From Thermoplasmata archaeon (GTDB taxonomy: Archaea; Thermoplasmatota; Penumbrarchaeia; JAEHCK01), in contig JAEHCK010000011.1 in the NCBI GenBank assembly GCA_020696345.1, positions 213-64,212 on the forward strand: DNA of 64,000 bases, in the 5' to 3' direction. Of this stretch, positions 1 through 9,300 are shown piece by piece. Both the position numbers and the translations under genes were made by a program. The notes below the pieces were generated by a model. That model made no database searches. It was not told the origin of the DNA and worked only from the letters and a program-made list of their open reading frames with translations. Position 1 is the stretch's first letter; every line of letters begins with the position of its first letter.

Positions 1-14
1 CACAAACTGTTTAA

Positions 15-89
15 CGGACTCGGTGGGATTCGAACCCACGAAATCCAGCTTAGAAGGCTGGCGTCTTATCCAGGCTAGGCCACGAGCCC
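15..89 (-). tRNA. tRNA-Arg (anticodon TCT)
   Basis: The reverse complement folds as a 75-nt cloverleaf. Acceptor GGGCTCG/CGAGTCC (one G-U pair), anticodon stem CCAGC/GCTGG with loop CTTCTAA, T-arm GTGGG-TTCGAAT-CCCAC. One C-A mismatch in the D stem. No encoded CCA. Confidence 0.8.
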
Positions 90-206
90 ATGAAATTGAA
101 GATAATTGTTGGGTTGCAAATACTATTGTTATTATTAAATATTTTTATTATGAGTTAAAATTATTTCGTATAATAATTTGATTGATGGTGACGAGGAGTC
201 CAGTGG

Positions 207-308
207 ACTAATTATTGATTAATAGTTGAGAGTCCAGATAATTAATTATTGATTAATAGTCGAGAGTCCAGGCGATTAATTATTGATTAATAGTCGAGAG
301 TCAGGAGT
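207..308. repeat. Three tandem copies of a 34-bp unit (ATTAATTATTGATTAATAGTCGAGAGTCCAGnnn)
   Basis: Unit starts at 207, 241 and 275. Copies 2 and 3 are identical over 28 nt. Followed at 331-366 by GACTC words in the opposite orientation. Confidence 0.85.
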
Positions 309-389
309 CTGAATTATTGGTCAAAATTTACAACTCACGATTCTTGACTCACGACTCTTGACTTACAATAATGATTTAATAATGATGAG

Positions 390-416
390 TGCGGGTGCCG
401 GGATTTGTAACCGAGG
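390..416 (-). pseudogene. Partial duplicate of the 3' end (acceptor 3' strand plus T-arm) of tRNA-Gly
   Basis: 390-407 (TGCGGGTGCCGGGATTTG) is identical to 556-573. Similarity continues with one indel to about 416. Confidence 0.6.
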
Positions 417-466
417 GGTTGGGATTCCAATTAATATTATAAAATAATCTTAGGAATTCCAAGCTC

Positions 467-510
467 AGAACAAAATAAGAATAAATCACAAAACCATCTT
501 ATTTTGTTCT
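467..510. repeat. Perfect 14-bp inverted repeat (AGAACAAAATAAGA / TCTTATTTTGTTCT) with a 16-nt loop
   Basis: Direct reading. Preceded by GGAATTCCAAGCTC. The same module recurs at 30495-30548 and, reverse-complemented, at 4471-4525. Confidence 0.8.
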
Positions 511-555
511 AGGGATCAAATCCCAAATCATCAATAATGTTTTAATTATAAAATA

Positions 556-628
556 TGCGGGTGCCGGGATTTGAACCCGAGTTCTAAGCTTGGCAAGCTC
601 AAGTGATACCAGGCTACACTACACCCGC
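556..628 (-). tRNA. tRNA-Gly (anticodon GCC)
   Basis: The reverse complement is a 73-nt cloverleaf. Acceptor GCGGGTG/CACCCGC, anticodon stem TGAGC/GCTTA with loop TTGCCAA, T-arm TCGGG-TTCAAAT-CCCGG, discriminator A. Confidence 0.9.
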
Positions 629-725
629 ATGTCCGTCTATTGACATAATAGAAAAAAAAACGAATTTAATAGAAACCCCTCAAACGGTTAGTGTGATGAA
701 GTAGTCATAACATACAAGGTTAATT

Positions 726-1124
726 CTACTCTTCTTCTTCCTTTTCCACGTCTTCTTCCTTTTCCATGTTTTCTTCCATTTCCACTTTTTCTTCCATTTC
801 CACTTCTTCATCCTTTTCTACTTTTTCTTCCATTTCCACTTTTTCTTTCTTTCCCAATATTATTTCAATTGAAGAGACGTTAACTGTCGGCCCTTCCTCA
901 GTCGTCAATGGCTCTGTATCTATTATTATATCCCTTATCGTAGCATCTGATACGAATCTATGCCGAACGATCTCGGCCACATCAACTGCACGGCTAATCG
1001 CTCTACCCCGAGCTTTAATGATGATCTCTGGGGAACCGCTATTGAATTGGGTAACAACTGCCAATACATAGTTCATTGTCGGTTTTTTTCCTACGAATAC
1101 TGTGTTCTCATTCTCGTCAGTCAT
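726..1124 (-). CDS. albA: Alba (Sac10b) chromatin/RNA-binding protein with an acidic repeat tail
   Basis: The N-terminal ~90 aa carry Alba signatures ([48 protein letters not shown]). The C-terminal ~40 aa are E/K/V/M repeats. Confidence 0.9.
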   Translation of the reverse strand: MTDENENTVFVGKKPTMNYVLAVVTQFNSGSPEIIIKARGRAISRAVDVAEIVRHRFVSDATIRDIIIDTEPLTTEEGPTVNVSSIEIILGKKEKVEMEEKVEKDEEVEMEEKVEMEENMEKEEDVEKEEEE

Positions 1125-1229
1125 GGTAAATCTCCAAGTTTTGAATTTAGGGGCAGTTAAAAGGGGATTTCAATATAAAAATCTATCGGTAAATTAACTG
1201 GCCATGTCTGTCACTGACCGGTTTCGGTA

Positions 1230-2717
1230 TCACTTAGCATAGCTTGATGGGAAGAATAGCATCAGCCCTGCAAAGATCTCCAACCTGCCCAACCACATGC
1301 ATAATGCCAGTAGTATTTTCCCCACGTCGGGTATTGAAGTATAGGTCACCGTTGGACCGACCGCACCCAAGCCGGGGCCCACATTGCCCAACGTGGCCGC
1401 CACCGCCGATGCAGAGGATATGATATCCAGGCCCATGAAGGTTATCATTAATGTACATACCACGAAGATTAGTATATAAATGAAAAAGAATACTACTACG
1501 GTTTTAACCACATTTTCCGGAATGGAGATACCGCCTAATTTTATTGGGATAACTGCTCTTGGATGTATTGCCTGGCGAACTTCGCGACGTGCGGTCTTTA
1601 AAAGAACCAGTATCCGTACGATCTTAACTGACCCGCCGGTTGAACCAGCACAACCGCCGATAAACATCAATAATAGTATTATGAACTGTGATGATGGCGG
1701 CCAACCGCCGAAGTCAGCGGTGGCATATCCCGTGGTAGTTGTAATTGATACCGCCTGGAATAAACCGTATCTGAACGAATCCACCGAACTGTAAATACCT
1801 TTGACCGCAAGCTCGCTGGTGATAAAAATCGTGCCAAGGGTTAATATTAAAATATAGAACCTGAACTCCGGGTCACGAAACAAGTTTCTGATCTTCCCGG
1901 TTAAGAATTGATAGTGCAGCACAAAATTCGTACCTGCGATCAACATGAAAATTATAATAACGATCTCCACCAGTGGGTTATTGTAATATCCGATGCTATC
2001 CACATGAGTTCCGAAACCACCGGTGGCCAAGGTTGTAAACGTGTGGCATACTGCATCGTATAGTGCATCAGGTTTACCAGTAGAATTTATTGCAAAATAC
2101 AATAGGGTTATCTGTAAAATGGTAAAAAACCCGTAGATCAACCAGAGCAGTTGGGCGGTTTGTGCGATCTTCGGTTTTAACTTGGTCACTGTCGGCCCCG
2201 GCACCTCCGCACGTAGCAATTGCATACCACCGCCTAAGATCCGGGCCAGAACAACCACGGAGAGAACAATGATCCCCATGCCGCCAAGCCACTGGATAAG
2301 TGCACGCCAGAGAAATATACTGTGTGAATAATTGTCAAGATAGTCGCCGGAGGATACCTCGAGTACTGTAGCACCCGTTGTTGTTAACCCGGACATTGAT
2401 TCGAAATAAGCATGTACCAAATTAGGTATGGCGCCACTGAACACGAACGGCAGTGCGCCAATAAATGCAAGGATCAACCAACCGGCGCCTACTACCGCAA
2501 AAGCCTCACGATCCCGCAACGCCTCCGAGTACCCACGACATTGGAATTTTAAAAATAGACCAATTGATAACGAAATTATGAACGGTACAACATATGAAAG
2601 TATCAAATAATTAATTGGCTCATTGTATATTATTCCCGTGATCAACGGTAAAAACAACGAAAAACTGAACAGTATAAGGATCCAGCCAATAGCTTCTCCC
2701 ACTACTTTATATCTCAT
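1230..2717 (-). CDS. trkH: TrkH/KtrB-family K+ transporter membrane subunit
   Basis: 495-aa polytopic protein with four pore-loop-like motifs (MSGLTTTGATV, TLATGGFGTH, ITTTTGYATADF, GCAGSTGGSVK). Adjacent to trkA. Confidence 0.9.
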   Translation of the reverse strand: MRYKVVGEAIGWILILFSFSLFLPLITGIIYNEPINYLILSYVVPFIISLSIGLFLKFQCRGYSEALRDREAFAVVGAGWLILAFIGALPFVFSGAIPNLVHAYFESMSGLTTTGATVLEVSSGDYLDNYSHSIFLWRALIQWLGGMGIIVLSVVVLARILGGGMQLLRAEVPGPTVTKLKPKIAQTAQLLWLIYGFFTILQITLLYFAINSTGKPDALYDAVCHTFTTLATGGFGTHVDSIGYYNNPLVEIVIIIFMLIAGTNFVLHYQFLTGKIRNLFRDPEFRFYILILTLGTIFITSELAVKGIYSSVDSFRYGLFQAVSITTTTGYATADFGGWPPSSQFIILLLMFIGGCAGSTGGSVKIVRILVLLKTARREVRQAIHPRAVIPIKLGGISIPENVVKTVVVFFFIYILIFVVCTLMITFMGLDIISSASAVAATLGNVGPGLGAVGPTVTYTSIPDVGKILLALCMWLGRLEIFAGLMLFFPSSYAK

Positions 2718-2870
2718 ATCGAAACACCATATAAAAAATTGCAGATATTATCTATTGTTCTTACATAACGATTTATTATAACGTATATTGGAATTTCAAC
2801 GCAACCAGTCGATTATATCTGAATTAATAAAAAAATGCGTCAATTATCATTCACTTTACGCAGCATTTTT

Positions 2871-4223
2871 TTATTGTTTGATCAATTTTGTCAGCCTTTG
2901 ATATGCATCGGTACGTGTAAATAATATCAATTCATCGTTCAACTTGATCCTGAAATCTCCTCTTGGGATCAGCACCTTGTCATTCCTGACAACTGCTGCA
3001 ACCAATGTGTTTTTGGGGAACTTGATCTTTTTCAAAGGTCTCTGACGCAATTTTGATTTCTCTGACACTTTATATTCCACTACCTGCGCCTCACCTTGGT
3101 TCAATATAGATACAGTTAAAAGGCCGGGGCGGTGGACATACTTCAGAATGGTACTGACCGTCACCTGCCGCGGACTGATCATTAGGTCAATACCCACATC
3201 CTCCAGCATGGATTTTATACTCAATCGATCCACAAGTGCAATTGTGCGCTTTGCGTTTTGCTGTTTGGCTAGTAGACAGGACAAAATATTGGTTTCCTCT
3301 TTATTTGTGGTTGCCAAGAACGCATCGACATTGGATATGCCCTCATCGAGCAACAGCTCTCTATCGGTACCACTCCCACGAACCACCAATACCTTTGGCA
3401 ATTTCTCGGATGCAAAAAGGCATTTTTCTTCGGATTCGTCTATTAAAATAACGTTCAAGCCCTGCTCTTGCAGTGTCTTTGCCAGGTGCATGCCTATCCG
3501 CGACGCACCGATGATCATGACCTTTCTAACAATAGTTTTCAGTTCCACATGTTCATAATGCCCGAACAACTCTTCTATGAGTTTAATAGATTCCAGGTCA
3601 CTCATTACCATGACCGCTCGATCATACGCTGCGAATATATCCGACCCGCGTGGAATTATTACATCGGCATCGCGAAAGATCGCCGCCACGTTACACTTTT
3701 GCGGCAGTCCACATTTTTTTAACTGCCTTCCTATGACTGGTGCACCCGGTTCGATGCGCGTGTCATACGCCTTGACCTTTCCATTTGCAAATATCGACAG
3801 GTCGATCAATGACGGGATCGATAAAATACGGGACATTTTTATCGCAGCCACCAGATCGGGGCAGATCGCGGTATCTATGCCCAGATTACGGAATTTTTCG
3901 ATCTCTATTGGTTCATCGATATATTCGATATCGTTTATCCGGGCTATGGTCTTGCATCCCTTCAATTTAGCGATCGCACACCCGAGCATGTTGATCTCGT
4001 CAGAACCGGTTACACCGATAAAGATGTCGGCGGAATTAATGTAGGCCTCTTCCAATTTTGCAGGTGATGCCGGGTTACCGTTAATGACCAGAACGTCCAA
4101 GCTCTCTGTACGCGAGCATGCGTTTTTGTCACTGTCGATTATTGCGACATTATGCCCGGCCTCCGATAAAGACCGTGCGATGGTGAATCCTACATCACCA
4201 GCACCGGCGATCACGATGTACAT
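2871..4223 (-). CDS. trkA: TrkA K+ uptake regulatory protein (two RCK units)
   Basis: Two Rossmann GxGxxG segments (VIAGAGDVGFTIA and MIIGASRIGMHLA), each followed by an RCK-C-like segment. 450 aa, in tandem with trkH. Confidence 0.9.
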   Translation of the reverse strand: MYIVIAGAGDVGFTIARSLSEAGHNVAIIDSDKNACSRTESLDVLVINGNPASPAKLEEAYINSADIFIGVTGSDEINMLGCAIAKLKGCKTIARINDIEYIDEPIEIEKFRNLGIDTAICPDLVAAIKMSRILSIPSLIDLSIFANGKVKAYDTRIEPGAPVIGRQLKKCGLPQKCNVAAIFRDADVIIPRGSDIFAAYDRAVMVMSDLESIKLIEELFGHYEHVELKTIVRKVMIIGASRIGMHLAKTLQEQGLNVILIDESEEKCLFASEKLPKVLVVRGSGTDRELLLDEGISNVDAFLATTNKEETNILSCLLAKQQNAKRTIALVDRLSIKSMLEDVGIDLMISPRQVTVSTILKYVHRPGLLTVSILNQGEAQVVEYKVSEKSKLRQRPLKKIKFPKNTLVAAVVRNDKVLIPRGDFRIKLNDELILFTRTDAYQRLTKLIKQ

Positions 4224-4378
4224 AGGATAGGCAAATGTGAGTGTGAGAAATTTAAATCTTTCGGTTACAACATTATTGCTGAGTTATGCAGGCATATATG
4301 GGTTTTTGTTGGGCCAGCAATAATAGGATAGAAGGGATATATTATTGCTTGAAAGTTTTATGAGTCTAGGGTCTTAAG

Positions 4379-4800
4379 AGTCTAGAGTCAAGAGTCTGGA
4401 GTATTGTGCCAGAGGCAGCATAAGAGATGAGGGTAGGTCCCCTCGGTGTCGGCTTGCAGGAGCACCACATAAAAATAAGTTTTTATTTTTAATGACTTCT
4501 TTTTTTTGTTTGAGCTTAGAATTCCGTTTATTAATTATTGATTTAAACTGGAATTCTAACCCTAGGCTTCAAATCACTCGGGATCGGGCTCCACTGCGTT
4601 AGGCTCTGTAGAAAAACCGCTTAGCAGGCTCTGCATATATTTCATTAGTTTAGGTTCGGGAGATATTAACCCGAACCTATTTCAGCTAAAATAAATCAGA
4701 ACCCGATCCTAATCCAGTAATAATAAATTAGATCCCACTCCCGAATTTGGATAAATCTAACCTTATAAGATGAATATTTATTGACTCTTGACTCTAGACT
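4379..4800. repeat. 18-bp perfect inverted repeat pair (AGTCTAGAGTCAAGAGTC at 4379-4396; its complement at 4783-4800) inside longer GAGTC-word arms (4362-4402 and 4783-4818)
   Basis: Direct reading of both strands. The arms bracket 386 bp of the trkA-nop5 divergent spacer. Confidence 0.8.
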
Positions 4801-4889
4801 CCCTGGACTCTTGACTCCAATTCAACATTCATTAAACGAAATTTATTTACACATCATCAACTATTAAGAATGCATAAATAGGTGTTTAT

Positions 4890-6035
4890 ATGGCCTTAAT
4901 ACTTACAACTACTTGGTTTGGCACATTCTTGATCGACCTCACATCGGGAAAAATAAAAAAGCAAAAGCTGTTTCCGAAAACCGTTCCTGAACTATGTGTT
5001 CGACTCAACACGCTCCAGAGCCAGGGGATCCTATCCGAGGAACAGGGTATGGTCAAAGGATTGAGAGAACCGATCATGGTCACTGATGAACGCATGAAAA
5101 TGTTGGGTGAACTGATCGAAATTGATGGAGTCGAGCAATTACCGGAGCAAATTATTCTGGCGTCTGAAGATTTTGGATTCTCGCCAGAGCTCTACCATCA
5201 GGCCATACTCGAACTTGGCAGATCTCGCACACGAAAGGCCGTGCCAAGGGATCATTATATTGTCCAGGCGGTGAATGGGTTGGATGACCTGACACAAACC
5301 GCGAACCTGTTATCAGAGCGCCTGCATGAATGGTACGGGCTGTACTGGCCCGAGCTCGATGATATTGTTAAAGAAACAGAATATGTCAACCTGATCTCGA
5401 AACTAGGTGACCGGGACACCATAATTGATAAAACCGAGAATAAAAAACTGAAAGGTTTTTCCGCACTCGAATCGGTTGGTGCGATCTTTGATCCCGAGGA
5501 TAAGGAGACCGTGATGGGTTTTGCCCAACAGCTTGTGAATGTACATGCCTCGGAGAAAAGCTTGGAAAACTATATCAAGAACTGCATGGAAGAGCTTGCG
5601 CCAAATATTACGATGCTGATCGGGCCGATCATAGGTGCACGCCTGATCGCGCTCACAGGCGGGTTATCACGCCTGTCTCAGGTATCCTCGAGCACAATTC
5701 AACTGCTCGGTGCGGAGAAGGCATTGTTCCGCCACCTGCGCACCGGTGAACGCCCGCCCAAGCATGGTATAATCTTCCAGCACCCGTTAATTCATAACGC
5801 GCCGTACTGGCACCGCGGTAAGATCGCGCGCGCATTTGCCGGTAAGCTCGCAATCGCGGCCAAGCTGGATTATCACTCCGGTAAATTCATGGGTGATAAG
5901 CTTGAAGAAGATGTCAAACGCAGGGTCGAGGAGATACGCAAAAAGTACCCACGACCGCCCGCAAGGAAGGGAGGCAAAGGTAAGGATAGGGGAAAGAGGA
6001 CTCGTAGAGGAAAGCGGAAGAAGTCGAAGAGATAA
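4890..6035 (+). CDS. nop5: Nop5 (Nop56/58) C/D box sRNP core protein
   Basis: Nop-domain motifs (AVNGLDDLTQTANLLSERLHEWYGLYWPEL; STIQLLGAEKALFRHL; PKHGIIFQHP) and a Lys/Arg-rich C-terminal tail. GGTG lies 7 nt before the ATG. Confidence 0.9.
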   Translation: MALILTTTWFGTFLIDLTSGKIKKQKLFPKTVPELCVRLNTLQSQGILSEEQGMVKGLREPIMVTDERMKMLGELIEIDGVEQLPEQIILASEDFGFSPELYHQAILELGRSRTRKAVPRDHYIVQAVNGLDDLTQTANLLSERLHEWYGLYWPELDDIVKETEYVNLISKLGDRDTIIDKTENKKLKGFSALESVGAIFDPEDKETVMGFAQQLVNVHASEKSLENYIKNCMEELAPNITMLIGPIIGARLIALTGGLSRLSQVSSSTIQLLGAEKALFRHLRTGERPPKHGIIFQHPLIHNAPYWHRGKIARAFAGKLAIAAKLDYHSGKFMGDKLEEDVKRRVEEIRKKYPRPPARKGGKGKDRGKRTRRGKRKKSKR

Positions 6036-6318
6036 CGGGGAATTATTGATTGAATATCGCTGGGGACATTTGAAATTGGAAATTTTAAATTGTAAAATGC
6101 AAAATAACGGTTTTGTTCCGCGGTTTAGTTTGTCGGTGGCGAGATTTCCCCTACCAAAAATTTTATATTTGCTCAAACCTAATGATATCTATTCTCATTT
6201 GCAATTCGAGGCTAATAATATTCTCTGAAACAATGATGAACTTCATTATCAAGAGACTGGGGTAAATCAGTAATTCATTTTAAATTATACCTTATTGTTG
6301 GAAAACGGGTCGGTAATC

Positions 6319-9300
6319 ATGTTTAGGGTGCATAAAAGATTCATTATCATTGGGGTATTATTGATTCTTATATCCAGTACAATTGGTAGTCACCTGATCT
6401 TGTTAACTGGTGATTCGATTAAAGCAGGTGGTGGACGAGATAATAGAAATGCACGAGTGGTTGTGGGGCCCAAAGAAATGCTTGATAATACTGATTTTTC
6501 AGCAGTAAGAAGCTGGGTTTTGATAGATGCAACGAAGGTAAAACCCGCACCCGCCCCTGCCGTTGTTCACACTGATGTCAGGTATAATAATTTGATCTCA
6601 CCGCAATATATCGTATTCGAAAATGACCAACAATTGAACTCGGATGAAACACCTATTTCACCACCATTAAAAGCACGGCTTACACAAACGTTTAATAAAA
6701 CATTCTGGACATCCAATAATCCAAACTCTGTGATATGCAGTTTCGATTACACTCCAACATATTACAATGGTCTAATCGATGGTAGTCCTGCAATCTACGC
6801 CGATATTATATTAGAAATTATGAACCTGTCGACGGGTGTTTATGGCCGTTGGCCAATTGAAAAGGATGCCACTCCCAATTTTGGCAACGGTTCTTACAAG
6901 ACAGATGATTCAAGAATAACATATCCAAGCACACAATTCTTTGTTACCCGGGATATAGGTTCCGGCCCCACCGGCGGCAGTTTTCCGGCAGGTGTGTTCA
7001 ACATTAGCCCACCCGGTCTTTACGAACTTAGTATTATATTTCAAATATGGAGCACAACTCAGGCTTTATTTAACGTGAATACTTATTATACATTTTTATT
7101 TGATAATGTATCGCTGCAGGTTATGGATGTAGAAGAACCGGCAGTGGTGGCTAATAATTCTTCATTTGGCCCTTTCAACAATAATACTTATGATGATCAG
7201 ATCAATGGTAAGATCGATATTGATTTCTTTGCCGGATCTGGTAACAATACACCGTTGAACGAAGGCAAATACAGGCTTAACAATTCCGGCAAACCAGGCC
7301 AGTGGCATCTAATATTCAAAAGCATCACAGAAATGCAGTATACTTATAATTGGTCGATTGCCGCTGTGTGGGCGAACATGAGCGAGGGGAAAAACTATAT
7401 CGATATCTATTGTAGCGATCAGGCCGGTAATTATAATGACTCAGTGCAAATTACCGTGATAAAGGACACGATCCCTCCGGTAACATATCTTCACTCCATT
7501 AACGAATATCAAACCACAAAAGAGTTTCACATTTATTATTATGCCAGAGATCCAGTACCTTCCGGTGGATTTAATAGCACGGTTATATTGATGTTCAAGC
7601 ATAATGGTTCTGGAAAATATGTGAATTATACAACATCGGATAACCCATCCGGGTTGTTCGATCACAACCCGATATTATTCGATATAACAAAGGCTGGTGT
7701 GGGGTATGGTGAGGGTAAGTATGAATTTTATAGCATAGGAATTGACAACACCAGTAACCAAGAGGCACCACCCGCACAAAATAAAATGCCCGACACCGAC
7801 ACTATTGTGGATATACATGGACCAAAACTTATTTTCATTGAACCAAAAGGAAAATATATCGTAGGTACGGAGACACTCACTATCGAGTCTGAAAATGACA
7901 CGAAACTTGTAGAATTCTACTATTGGTTAGATCTGGACAAGGATGGGCAAGCCGACGATGTTGATGATATAAGTAGTGTTTGGGTGTTGATCGATACAAT
8001 CTACAAACCTAAACCCGGCCAGTCAGATAATTGGTCAACCGAATGGGATACCAAATCCGGTAAGGATTTTATATTGGAAGAAGGCATGGTGGTTTTAAAG
8101 GCAATGGCCGTTGACATTGCAAATAATGTTAATGAAGCGTATAAGAACAATATTGAAGTTGATAATGTTGCACCAAAGGTAAAGATCACCAACCCAGAAA
8201 CACTTAGTCCCGAAAATGAAGCGCTAATTTGGATCAACTATACCACAGACCCCGATGTAATGTATGCAACATTCTATTATAGAATACATGATGATAAAGA
8301 AGATAATGCGGAATGGATAAAGATAACCGATAAGGAAAATCACACGTATGGCGATACCATTGGTACTTATCAATGGGTGTTATCAAAAGAATTTCGACAG
8401 GCAAAACCAAGAATAGATATTAAAGTGGAAGTGTCCGATGATGCTGGAAACACTGGGATGTGTGTTGTGGAATATTTACAGCCACCTCCTGTAGGACCGA
8501 AGATCAAATCAGATTTCCCAACACAAATCATGTGGGAAGAGGACTTTGGTAAAAAAACATTGAAACTAACAAAATATGAATCACATTACGACTCGAGTAT
8601 CACAGGGGACAACCTGAAATGGTATATCACATGGAATAGTGAAAAACTCTTCCACATCACCGGTAACAATAATACTGGTGAGAATGCCGATACATTCGTG
8701 TTCACCAGTATTGAAAATAGGTACGGTCAAGAGGTTTTAACCTACCATTTACATGACATGCAAGGGATAGAAGCTACCATCGAGCAGACGATCATCGTGA
8801 TCTCCAAACCCGATCGGCCGGAATTCAATCCACCTACCGAGACTATACATGTAAGATATGGTGAACCGGATACATTTGACCTATCGTATTATATTTTTGA
8901 TGTTGACAATAATAAGATCGACCTGATCCTAACCACAAATGATCCCAAGAATATTACTACAAACGGATTGAATCTAACTTTCAATTATGGTGGATCAATG
9001 AAAGGACAAAAAAAGTTAATTCGAGTCACAGTGACTGATTTCGAATATTCGATCACCAGGACCATCGAAATATTCATCTCGGACAATCATCGACCCAAAT
9101 TAGTTCTAGATCTTCCAAACGATATAGTGCTTCAGAGTGGTGTGGTTGTAAAAGACATTCTAGATCTGGATGAGTATTTCCATGATTTGGAAGATGATGA
9201 CAAATTAACTTTTACATCTGAAGAATCAATAGAATATGACGGACAACAAAAAGTAATTATTTCCATTGGTAAAGAGAATAACGTGACACTCGAAGCACTG

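Noticed and set aside
382-460. C/D box sRNA candidates (ATGATGA at 382-388; also AATGATGAA at 6232-6240), considered because nop5 is present
   Set aside because: No CTGA D box lies at a suitable distance downstream, and no terminal stem is present. A covariance or snoscan-type search would be needed before calling any sRNA.
5787-6228. ORFs 5787..6176(-) and 5836..6228(+) at the nop5 3' end
   Set aside because: They overlap the well-supported nop5 frame and extend into the AATTT-word spacer. They carry no motifs.
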